The notes under the pieces are model-generated. The model did no database searches, had not been told where the DNA came from, and saw nothing but the letters and a program-made list of their open reading frames with translations. A stretch of DNA of 64,000 bases. It comes from Hemiscyllium ocellatum (Eukaryota). Position numbers and translations under genes: made by a program. Location: assembly GCF_020745735.1 (NCBI RefSeq), contig NC_083435.1:44826498-44890497 (forward strand), given 5' to 3'. Shown here one piece after another: positions 23,986 through 34,100 of this stretch. Within the stretch, counting starts at the first letter, position 1. Every line of letters starts with the position of its first letter.

Positions 23986-24760
23986 TCCACCCCAAGCGGA
24001 AAGGGAACCACCTGGGTCACTGGCCACAGGAGGCACATGTATAGCAATTGCTCTTGTTCAGACTTTTTACAGTATACTTTACCCATTCAACCCAGGGATT
24101 TGCATCCCCGTACCCAGTTTCTATTTGGATAGTCTGTTTCAAGTCCTTTACCTCTATAATTTTTACTACTTTAGGGTCATCAGGAGGGGTGAAAGGTTGT
24201 ATTTCATTATCCAGTAGTTCCGCTCGTTTTCCCTGTCCTACGCTAATTCGAAAACAACAGCCCGAGAAATCCTTCCCATTTGCTTTCATTTCTATCCCAG
24301 ATGTTTCAGTTAATTGTATCTCATAGGTGCCCCCCCCCCCCGAATTGCTGCGTGCCATGTGGTTTTCTTTATTGTTAGCTTTATTGGGTTACACTTTTTA
24401 TCGGGACAATCGCGAGCTGGTGGGAAGGGGGTCCGGTGTACTGTGATGAGACCATTATACCAAGTACCATCCCCAAGGACATCCCCATTGGACTTAAGCT
24501 GTATCTCAAAGCTGCGGTACTGTCTCTGATTATCTACATCCCCACAATTTACTAAGCTGCACGCATCAGCGTCTATTACTTGGAGATTAGTAGACTCAGG
24601 AACTGTTAATAATACATATGAAGATAATATTTGACAAAATCCCAATACTAAGAGGGCTAGCATCATAACTCTAAGCATTCCCAATACTCTAAAAATCATG
24701 CTGAAGCACAAAAAAGACTTAATATACAATCCTACAGAAATAATCCCGCGCTCGCGTCGC
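23985..24760 (-). pseudogene. env: ERV env, SU portion only
   Basis: Hydrophobic signal (VMMLALLVLGFCQILS), CNPIKLTI, then after a frameshift IEVKDLKQTIQIETGYGDANPWVEWVKYTVKSLNKSNCYTC (CXXC motif) and QVVPFPLG. Cut off at about 23985; no TM subunit. Confidence 0.85.
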
Positions 24761-24859
24761 CACTGTATAATCAGTTACTCAAAGTCTCTTTAGTCTGAGT
24801 TTCGGTGGGTCTTGCGTTGAATCGGCTGTCCAGACGTCTTCCTCAACTAGAGAGTTCAC

Positions 24860-26630
24860 TGTCCCTTTGATCCGAGTGTAGTGAATCCAGCCTTTCTCCG
24901 TTATTGCTTATTGTCCTTATTGCCGTTTCGGTAGGCAAAAGAGCCTGGTACGGCCCTTTCCAGTCCAGTTGCAATTTAGTCTCTGCCCATGATTTTACTA
25001 AGACCCAATCCCCTGGCTGGATGGGATGAACGTGAATTCAAGGGGCGGAGTCTGTGCCAATAAACCCTGTTTCCTGAGGAAAGACAAACAGGAAAAGCCC
25101 AGTATATACTTCTTTAAGAACAAATCTTTAGTTTCGGGAACTGGCAATTCTCCATTCGTTCCCAGACAAGGTAATCCAAATAAGACTTCATAGGGGGATA
25201 GTCCCAAATCTTTTCTTGGGGCTGTTCGTACTTGCAAGAGAGCTATAGGTAAACATTTGGTCCAAGGGAGTCTGGTTTCTATTATCAATTTAGAGAGCTG
25301 TCGTTTGAGTGTTTGGTTCATTCTCTCAACCCTTCCTGATGATGGTGGGTGCCATGGAGTATGGAACTCCCAGGAAATTCCCAACCCTTTCATTGCCCCC
25401 TGTAACACTTTAGAGGTAAAATGAGTTCCTTGGTCGGAACCTATTCGGTTTACTAGCCCATATCGGGGAATTATGTGCTCCAATATTGTTTTAGACACCC
25501 CACTCTCAGTGGCAGTCACAGCCTGCACACACTCAGGCCATCTCCTGGATACTGGATCCAACAGCTTCAAAATATATGCTACTGACTGTTTCATTCCTCC
25601 CCACCTCTGGGTTAATACTCCCTAGGCCGCTCCCTTCTCTACAGTAGCAAAGAGGTGGAAAGGTTTATCGAGGGAAGATAAGGCTAACACGGGGGCATGG
25701 ATCAGATCTCTTTTGAGTTCCTCAACTAGTTTTTTTTCCTCATCATCCCAACTTAGACATTTTGGTTCCTTCTCTAATAGTTTGAGATATAATTTCTTAG
25801 TCTTTTGAGCATAGGAATCAATCCACAATCTGCAATATCCTGTTAGACCCAAAAATTTCCGTAACTCCTGTTTAGTCCTGGGCAGCGGCATCCCCAATAT
25901 TCCCTCTATCCCTTCCGGGCTTATCTTTCGCTCCACATATTGTAATTTGTTTGTAGATACTCGCAGGCCCTGCTGGCCCAGGAAATTCAAAAATTTGTCA
26001 GTGGCTTCTACTACTCTTTCTCTTCTCTTTCCTGTTACTAAGAGGTCGTCTACATACTGCAACAGGGTAGTCCCCTTGGGGCTGCTAAATATCTCCAATA
26101 TTTGTTCTAACATCTGTCCAAATAAATTTGGGGATTCTGTAAACGCCTGGGGGAGCACAGGCCACCGTTATTGTTTCCATCCTGTCCTGGGGTCTTCCCA
26201 TTCAAAGGCGAACAAATTTGTACTTTCCTCCATCAAGGGACAAGCCCAAAAGGCATCCTTTAAATCTATCACACTAAATCATGTGTGGTCATGAGGGATC
26301 TTACTTAATAACGTATAGGGGTTTGGCACCACTGGGTGTCTGATCTGTACTATTCCATTTAATGTTCTCAAATCCTGCACCAATCGATAAGTTCCATCAG
26401 ATTTCCGTACAGGTAGAATTGGGGTATTATAAGGAGACATACATGGCTCCAACAATCCATCTCTAATCAGTCCCTCAATTACTGGCTACAGTCCTTGTTT
26501 ACCTTCGATGAAAATGGGATATTGTCGCTCACAGACTACGTCCCCTTTCCTTTTTAAATTTATTTCAAGGGGAGGGATTTGTAGTCCTCCACAATTCCCT
26601 TCTCTAGCCCATACAATAGGGTCAATCTCT
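24860..26630 (-). pseudogene. pol: ERV pol: RT fused to integrase core; protease, RNase H and IN N-terminus absent
   Basis: SPYNTPILPVRKSDGTYRLVQDLR, IDLKDAFW, LPQAFTESP, LLQYVDDLL, LRKFLGLTGYCRLWI; then CVQAVTAT joins directly to ..IIPRYG..SDQGTHF..SGRVERMN; WKGPY near 24950. Confidence 0.92.
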
Positions 26631-26639
26631 CTCCTCACG

Positions 26640-28495
26640 TCCTCTCTGTCCTACATGCTGCCACCTGCCGCTCCAGTTGCTCAATATTGGTTCCATTCTT
26701 TTCTTAACTACCTCATCAACCGTAGCTACCATCATTTTCACCTTCTGTTATTGTCTCTCATCCTCTCTCTTTACAAACACTTTCTGTACCTCTCTTAACA
26801 ATTCATCTGATGGTTTTTCACTCCACCCTTCTATCTTCTGTATCTTTCTCTGTATGTCTGGCCATGCCTTTGTCACAAAATATACTTTCAAAAGACCCTG
26901 TGCCACTGGGTCCTCAGGGATCATTCCAGAATATTTCCGCATTGAGTCTCTCAATCTCTGCAAGAAAGCTGAGGGAGTTTCATCTTTCTCCTGTCCAACT
27001 TGAAAGGCTTTAGTCAAATTCTGCGACTTTGGAACTGCCTCTCTTATTCCTTTTGGAATCAGGTCTTTCAATTCCCTCATTTCTTCTCTATGCTCCGGGT
27101 TTTGATTTTCCCACTGGGGGTCTCTGAGGGGAAACTTCAACTCACCCTGTCCAGCATCCCCATCTCCAATCGGGTGTTCCCTCTCCCATATTTTAATGGC
27201 TGCTCCTTGTATAAGTCCCCTTTCTTCCCCAGTAAATAGTATATTCAAAATAGACATTAACTCAGCCTACGTATACAGACTGGGCCCCAAAAATTGATCA
27301 ATTTGTTCAGACAACCCTACCGGATCCTCAACCAGGACCTTCATTTCTTTTTTAAATGTTCTGACATCCCCACTGGTAAGGAGGGCACTTACAATTAGTA
27401 CCTCCCGAAGGGGATAAGTCATTACTTTCTTCCCCTTCTTTTTTAAGAAATATTGCAATATTTCTAGCTCCCCATAACTTCAAATACAAATTCATCAATT
27501 CATGCTTGACTAATTTTAAAGCCTGTTCCTAACTTGTAAATATATTTATATATTTAAATATATTTATATATTTAAATAAATATATTTATATATTTACATT
27601 AATTTATTCAGTATTTAATATTTAAAATGTAAAATGCATACATTACCAACTTTGAAATCCACTATAATTACCCAGTTTTAGTCCTTTAATTTAAATCCAA
27701 ACTTAGTTTTCTTAAGTAGTCCTGACCAATCATTGCTTAATTACAATACTATAGGTCATGAAATAATCAGAACTGCCTTAAAAGAATCTGTATATTCAAG
27801 TTTAAAAAAACAACTTCTAATGCAAGAACAATGGCCGAATCCAAGGTCACAGATATTAACCATAGAATTTTGTTTTTACTACAATCTAATGTGGAACTGA
27901 AACTTCAACTGTCCTCCATAAATCGCTTTTATGTAAGGATAAAAGAATTAGTTAGTAACTGATAGTAAGGCAGTCATGACCTGTAAAAAGAACAGGAGTT
28001 ATCATCTTTTTTTTCATAATTTCTGTAGAATCCTTAACATTAAAAGGCATCATGTTAAGTTTCCATAATAAAAATCAGATTCAAAACAATCCTGGAACTC
28101 AGGCTCCACCGAATAAAGCGCAAACATTCAATCACCAACAAACAAATGTGCATTCAAACCAAATCACAAAGGGTTAAACTTTCTACCAGCTGTACAGCTC
28201 TTTTCATTCTCTCTCACACATTGACATATAAATTCAGATATTTACAAACCCAGTCTTCGTCCGACCTGTACTTTGGCCAGAAGACGGCGAGACAAAGAAT
28301 GGATTCCTTAGTCCATACAAAGCAACAATATTTAATCATCTTTTTCCCTTGTACAAGTATAATTTTTCCAATTCCACACATCCTGCCCAATGGACTTTCT
28401 GGAGGTATGTTGTAAGAGACCCCGCCTCTATTTCCATTGCCTTTTTCTTCTTTTGTTCTCCCGGAGGCTTTTTCCTTATCCACGGCACAAACCAA
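26640..28495 (-). pseudogene. gag: ERV gag (MA at 28214-28495, CA at 26748-27460), split by an AT-rich segment
   Basis: IPPESPLGRM..MIKYCCFVWTKE..FWPKYRSDEDWVC (MA); YPLREV..EDPVGLSEQIDQFLGPSLYT*AELMSIL (TGG>TAG stop); major homology region QEKDETPSAFLQRL; no zinc knuckle. Confidence 0.9.
27539..27600. repeat. AT-rich tandem repeat, unit about ATATATTTATATATTTAA
   Basis: About 3 copies of an 18-bp A/T-only unit. Confidence 0.85.
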
Positions 28496-28789
28496 ATTGA
28501 GTTCCTTCGTTAGTCCCTTATTAACTACTAAAACTCAATCCCGGCCACCAAGGCAGTACTTAAAAGTCAATTTTCTTACCTTGGTCTGTGCACAGAGTTG
28601 CCTGGCCCCTTTTTGCCGTATTTTCTATCAAACTCCTTTCACTGTCTGATTCAGATGTCTCTCTTGTGGGATTCGTTGCAGTCTCCCAAGGGAGCGGACC
28701 AAACCGGGACACGAGACTGCTCCTCAATTGGGAACGGGACGCGTCTTCCCAGTGTCCAGGGCCACCACAACCCTCGCCGATAGAAGAAC

Positions 28790-28806
28790 ATCTTGGACAG
28801 CCCCCA
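28790..28806 (-). promoter_or_regulatory. Retroviral primer-binding site, tRNA-Pro type (degenerate)
   Basis: Plus-strand atcttggacagccccca compared with the tRNA-Pro 3' end atcccggacgagccccca (2 substitutions, 1 deletion); lies 2 nt from the LTR terminal dinucleotide at 28809. Confidence 0.8.
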
Positions 28807-28808
28807 AT

Positions 28809-29429
28809 TGTGAGAAACAAAGCTCACTCACGTCAATAATTTCAGTCCGAGACAAGATCTGAATCAGTAGTGTCATTTATTTCACACTTGCAAGTGGGTG
28901 TGATGTCCACAAGGCAGGGACAAAAAATACCGAATTCAACAAATACTCAATATTTATATAATTTGGTTTCTTTTTTTAAATTTCATTGCTCCTCCCCTGT
29001 TTACATCTTCCACTTCCCTAACAACGACACCCATTACTCCGGTTTATCTCTTGCCTTATCCGGCCTTGTCTGTGACAAAATGCTTATTTCTGGCCTCACA
29101 AGGCCATTTGACCTCATCCCGCTGTTAGGCACATCCTTTCCTTACCATTATCTACTCCCTCCATCTGTGCCTCCCCTCTCAGCATCTTATCATTAAGACC
29201 CTCTTAATTGGGGTTTGTTCCTGTGTTTCTGTAAAAGTGGAAAACAGATGTTTATACCTATTGTTTGTCCAGGCGAATCTATTTTAACTGCCTCCCCTCA
29301 CAGCATCTTATCTATTTGCCTGTAATATCTACCATTGTTTTGCAGTCCGTTTCATTCTTGCATACAATTTTAGCTAATACAAAAAAAATTATGTATTTCC
29401 TCCACATAGTTTCCATTCTTGTCGTCTCA
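28809..29429 (-). repeat. 5' LTR of the ERV (distal end uncertain, about 29391 or 29429)
   Basis: In element orientation it ends ..TCTCACA next to the PBS; AATAAA at about 28876; TATATAAATA at about 28951-28960; 24-bp U3 direct repeat tgcctcccctc(t/a)cagcatcttatc at about 29169 and 29289; candidate start TGAGACGAC at 29429. Confidence 0.8.
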
Positions 29430-29551
29430 GTTCTTGGCTGAAACAATTACACACTGGTGTGAGTTCATTTATTTTGTATAAGTAATTATAATTGCAGAAG
29501 TAACACTACTTTATTTATAGATTGTGTGATATAGGTAATGAGAGAAGGCAG

Positions 29552-29591
29552 AGTTTAACATTTCGGGTCCATTGACCCTTCTTCAGAATGG
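29552..29591 (-). ncRNA. Minimal hammerhead ribozyme motif in a PLE pLTR fragment
   Basis: Minus strand CUGAAGA-A-GGGUC-AAUG-GACCC-GAAAU-GUU; helix III C>U change consistent with CpG decay. Confidence 0.5.
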
Positions 29592-30176
29592 CCCTCAATT
29601 CTCTCCCCATTCACAACCCCATCAGTCCTCCTTCAGCTTCTGTGCAATTTCTTTAGAATTAGATTAATTGTCACTTGTTCTCAAGTACAAGAATACAGTG
29701 CAAAGTTTGCAATGTCGCTCGTAATGGTAATAATGTGGAGGGAGGGCTCCTAATGGTGCAATCTTAGATAGAAAATTGGAGAAATAAAGGATAAAAAAGT
29801 TACATCACCTAACTGATTCATGGAATAAGATAGAAAATAGCACACTCATTGGCCTTAGTGTAGCCCCATCCCCTCTCCTTCCTGCATTTTCCTTCCCTCA
29901 CTGTTCTTTGCCTCTCTTTTACACCATTTCCTCATTCACATTCCACCCCCTTCACTGTTCATCCTGCTGTCTTCACACTTCCCCTGGGGCAGATTTCTCG
30001 CTGTTGTGGACAGGCTGTTCCCCTCTGGAACCAAGCCCTTCATCAGATAGCTGTCTTTGCTGAGGCTCAAACTCACTCAGCTGCAGGAAGATCTTAAAGC
30101 CCAACTTAGCCCCTCCATAACCTATCCTCAGGCCAGTCCCTTGTGAATGGATAGTCATTCCCACCTTTTTTAGATT

Positions 30177-30255
30177 GAAAGTGAATCAAGTGGAGAATAG
30201 GAATTTCAATCTGGGCTCCATCATGGCAGCTTCTCTCTCCATTTCACTTCCTTTC
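30177..30255. promoter_or_regulatory. Candidate IRF elements (ISRE-like and EICE) upstream of the MHC class I gene
   Basis: GAAAGTGAAT at 30177-30186 (+) and GAAAGGAAGTGAAA at 30255-30242 (-), the latter containing the GGAAnnGAAA Ets-IRF composite. Short motifs, supported mainly by their position. Confidence 0.5.
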
Positions 30256-30322
30256 AACCCTTGTCCCACGTTCTCAGTGTGAAAAATAGGATCTGCAAAT
30301 ATTCTAGGATCTTTTGGAGATT

Positions 30323-30639
30323 CGGTAGCATGGTGGCTCAGTGGTTAGCACTGTTGCTTCACAGCGCCAAGGACTTGGGTTCAATTCCAGCCTTGGGTGA
30401 CTGTGCAGAGTTTGCACATTCTCCATGTGATAATCTGGGTTTCCTCCAGGTGTTCAGGTTTCCTCCCACAGTCAAACGATGTGCAGGTTAGGTGAATTGG
30501 CCTTACAAAATTGTCCATAGTTTTCAAGCATGTGTCAGTTTAGTAAGAGGTAAATGTACAGCCATAGGAGGATGGGTCGGGGTGGACTTGCTGGGCCGGA
30601 GGGCCTGTTTCCACACTGTCAGGATTCTATGATCTATGA
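30323..30639 (+). mobile_element. Older HE1-like SINE in the MHC upstream region
   Basis: A box TGGCTCAGTGG, B box GGTTCAATTCC, diverged body, gattctatgatctatga tail. Confidence 0.88.
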
Positions 30640-31057
30640 TCCCTGTCCTAATCTATCTGTCTGTGCTTAAAAAAATGACACACAGCCCAAATTCTCAGAC
30701 AATCAGCAGTACTCTTAGCTGCTGCCAACTCCCAGGCAATTAACCTTATTGAGCCATTAGTCCCTCCACCAAACTTCACGCGTTTACATTTTGCCTGAGT
30801 ACACTTGTGTTGCAATTAATAGTGTTGTGGTTTCCTGTATCTGCAGGGGACCAGGTCTGTGGAGCAGCCCTTAAAGCTGCTTGTGTGCCTTTCAGGTTAC
30901 ATTATCACATAAGACTCTGCTCACAGAGCACAGGAGTCACCCGATCTGAAGTGGTCAAGAGCACAGGAATCATCCAGTCTGAACTCGACAGGGAACACAG
31001 TTCCTTGGAAAAGATTCCTCGTAAATTATTTATTCCAACCTGTTAAAGGAAGCTGCA

Positions 31058-31106
31058 ATGGTCCGTTTCTCAGTGCTGGTCTCTCTGTGTGGAGTGGTCT
31101 ATGCAG
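31058..31106 (+). CDS. MHC class I exon 1, signal peptide MVRFSVLVSLCGVVYA
   Basis: Good Kozak context gcaATGG, hydrophobic 16-aa leader ending in Ala, phase-1 donor G|GTTGGT; the predicted mature N-terminus is GSHSLRY. Confidence 0.8.
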
Positions 31107-34100
31107 GTTGGTACTGGAGTCAGAGAGCATATTACTGGCTCTTGAGGCAATAACCCTTAATCAGTGGGTAATTGGCTCAAGCAGGTTTGCAGTGTCAGGC
31201 TTGGTACTGGGACATTAAACCTCAGTGAGTAATGGTGTTAGAGAGTGCATTCAGTCTCAGGCTGGAGAAAGAGCTCAGCTACAGTTTGACAATCAAGCCA
31301 TGCATTTGCAACACTGTAACTTCAAAAACATCTCTCTGCAATTAAATCCTTTAAATAGTCTCATCATCTCAATGAGATCATGCTGTAATTGAAATGAATT
31401 GAATTGCATGTATTGTTAATTGCACCGAGGCACAGTGAAAAACTCTGTCTTGCAAGCAATCCAGGCAGATCACGTAGTTAAACAGCATAGATAAGTAAAT
31501 AATAGGTAAACAGTGGCAAAAACAAAAACACGGGCACAGGCAAATGCTACAGGTTTGAGAGTCCATTCATTATTCTGACAACAGTAGGGTTGAAACTGTT
31601 TTCAGTGGAATACAAGCCAGGTCTCTGTAACTTGTTCAAAGCTCAGTATCTGTCTGTTTGAGATATACACTTCAACCAATCTATCCTTATGAAGATGCAG
31701 TGCCCACAACAGAAAGCAGTTCTCCAGAGTTTTAGACAACAAAAACATACTTTAATAAATACTGTCAGAACTAGTGAGTGTCTGGTTTTATTTACAGGCA
31801 GCTCTATATTTTAGGGTTTACTTATGGGAGCTATGTGTCGGGGTTTATTTACAGGGAGCTCTGGGATTAATGTACAGTGGATTCTCTGTCAGAGTTTATT
31901 TGCAAGGAGCTCTGCAATGTTTTTGAGGTTCAAGTCCTGATATCATCCTCTCTCTCCTCCTCCTCCTCTCCCTGTCTCAGGCTCTCATTCCCTCCGGTAT
32001 TTCTACACTGCAATGACCCCAATTCCTGGTTTGCCTGAGTTTCTGGCCGTTGGTTATGTCGATGATATCCCAATTGATTACTACGACAGTGATCTTCGCA
32101 AAGTGATCCCTCGGCAACGATGGATGGCAGAGTGTCAGGGCCCTGAGTATTGGGAACAGCAGACTCAGGTCCTGAGGAGCTCTGAGCACATCGGGCTGAC
32201 CAATATTCAGACAGCCTTAAACCGCACCAACCAGAATGGAGGTGAGACCAACCCTCCATCTGGCTCCATATGTCTGCCTATTACCCACTTCCACACCTGA
32301 TACCTCAGTTTTCTCTGTTATCACCCATTCTCCCATCTCTTTATTACTCCCATCCTCCATGTCTCTGTAGTCTTCCATCCTCTGTGCCCCCATTCCTTGT
32401 GTCTGTCTATTCTCTCCAACCCTTGATATCTTTCCATTCTTACTCATTTCTGTTTCATTCCCCCGGAATTTCATCTCTGAATTTGTGGGTAGGTTGGCAC
32501 TGCTGAGTCACTGTTGTATAAGCTAGCACAGCTACAAATGTCGAGGCGTGATAGATGGAGTTTAATCTAGATAAATGTGAGGTGCTACATTTTGATAGGG
32601 CACATCAAGGCAGGACTTGTACACCGTAACAGTAAGGTCCTAGGGAGCGTTGCTGAAGAAAGGGACCTCGAAGTGCAGGCTTATAGTTTCTTGAAAGTGG
32701 AGTCGGAGGTAGACAGGATGGTGAGGAAGGCTTTTGGCACACTTGACTTTACTGGTCAGAAGATTAAGTACAGGAGTTGGGATGAATATTGTGGCTATAC
32801 AAGACATTGGTTTGGCTTCTTTTGGCTTGTTTTAAATGCCCCCCAACATCAGATCTTCTCAATGGTTTGATGTTGATGACACAGGTTGACGAAGGTCGAG
32901 CAGTGGATGTGATGTATGTGGACTTCAGCAATGCACTTGATTAGGTTTCCACGGTAGCCTTATTCATAAAGTCAGGAAGTATGGGATACAGGGAGATTTG
33001 GCTGTCTGGATTCAGAATTGGCTGGCTGACAGAAGGCAGAGAGTGGTTGTAGATGGAAAGTATTCTGCCTGGAGGTCAGTGGTGAGTCGTGTCGCACAGG
33101 GCTCTGTTCTTTGGCCTCTGCTCTTTGCAGTTTTTATAAATGACTTGGTTGAGGAGGTTGAGGGGTGCCTTGGTAAATTTGCCGATGACACAAAGGTTGG
33201 AGGTGTCATCAATAATATTCAGGGCTATTGCAGGCTGCAGTGCGACATAGACAGGATGCAGAGCTGGGCTGAGAAATGGCAGATGGAGTTCAACTTGGAT
33301 AAATGCAAAGTGATGCATTTTGGAAGGTCGAACTTGAATGCTGAATATGGGATTCTTGGCAGTGTGGAGGAAGGGAGGGATCTTGGTGTTCAAGTGCGTA
33401 GATCTGTCAAAGTTGTCATCCAAGTGGATAGGGTTGTTAAGAAAGCATATGTTGTTTTGGCTTTCATTAACAGGGAGATTGAGTTTAAGAGCCGCGAGGT
33501 CTACAAAACCCTGGTGAGACCACATTTGGAATATTGTGTCCAGTTCTAGTTGCCCTATTATAGGAAAGATACAGAGACTTTGGAGATGGTGCAAAGGTTT
33601 ACTGCCTGGACTGGAGGCTTGTCTTACGAAGAGAGGTTGACTATGCTTGGACTTTTCTCTCTAGAAAGCAGAAGGAAAAGAGGTGACCCGATCGAGGTAT
33701 ACAAGGTAATGAGAGGCATGGATAGAGTCGTTAGCCAGAGAATTTTCCCCAGGACAGGATTCACTGGCATGAGGGGTCATAGCTTTAAGGTGTTAGGAGG
33801 CAAGTATAGAGGAAACATCAGACGTAGATCTTTTCAGAGAGAGTTGTGAATGCATGGAATACATTGCCAGCGTTGGTTGTGGAAGTAGAGTCATTAGAGA
33901 CATTTAAGCGTCTGTTGGACATGCACATGGACAGCAGTGAATCAAGGGGTTCATAGGTTAGGTTATTTTTAAATTAGATTAGAAATAATCCTCAGCACAA
34001 CATTGTGGACCAAAGGGCCTGTTCTGTGCTGCACTTTTCTACGTTCCATGTTCTATGTTAGCAAAGCAAGAAACTCATAATTGATTGGGTTTTAGTATCG

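Larger units (their letters stand above)
23985..29429 (-). mobile_element. Endogenous retrovirus, class I (gamma/epsilon-like, HERV-I-like): LTR-PBS-gag-pol-env(SU), internally deleted and 3'-truncated
   Basis: Correct retroviral gene order on the minus strand with recognisable MA, CA/MHR, RT (YVDD), IN and env SU motifs, a tRNA-Pro PBS and one LTR; multiple stops and frameshifts. Confidence 0.93.

Noticed and set aside
24998-27257. ERV ORFs as a domesticated or functional gag, pol or env gene
   Set aside because: In-frame stops, frameshifts, missing protease, RNase H and first IN Asp, no env TM; no clear env ATG.
31001-31017. TTCCTTGGAA / GGAAAAGATTCC as GAS or kappaB sites
   Set aside because: N4 spacing does not fit the STAT1 GAS and the kappaB match is poor; too short to support without conservation data.
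32998-33549. 183-aa RT ORF as an active retrotransposon gene
   Set aside because: A fragment of a 5'-truncated CR1 with flanking stops and frameshifts.
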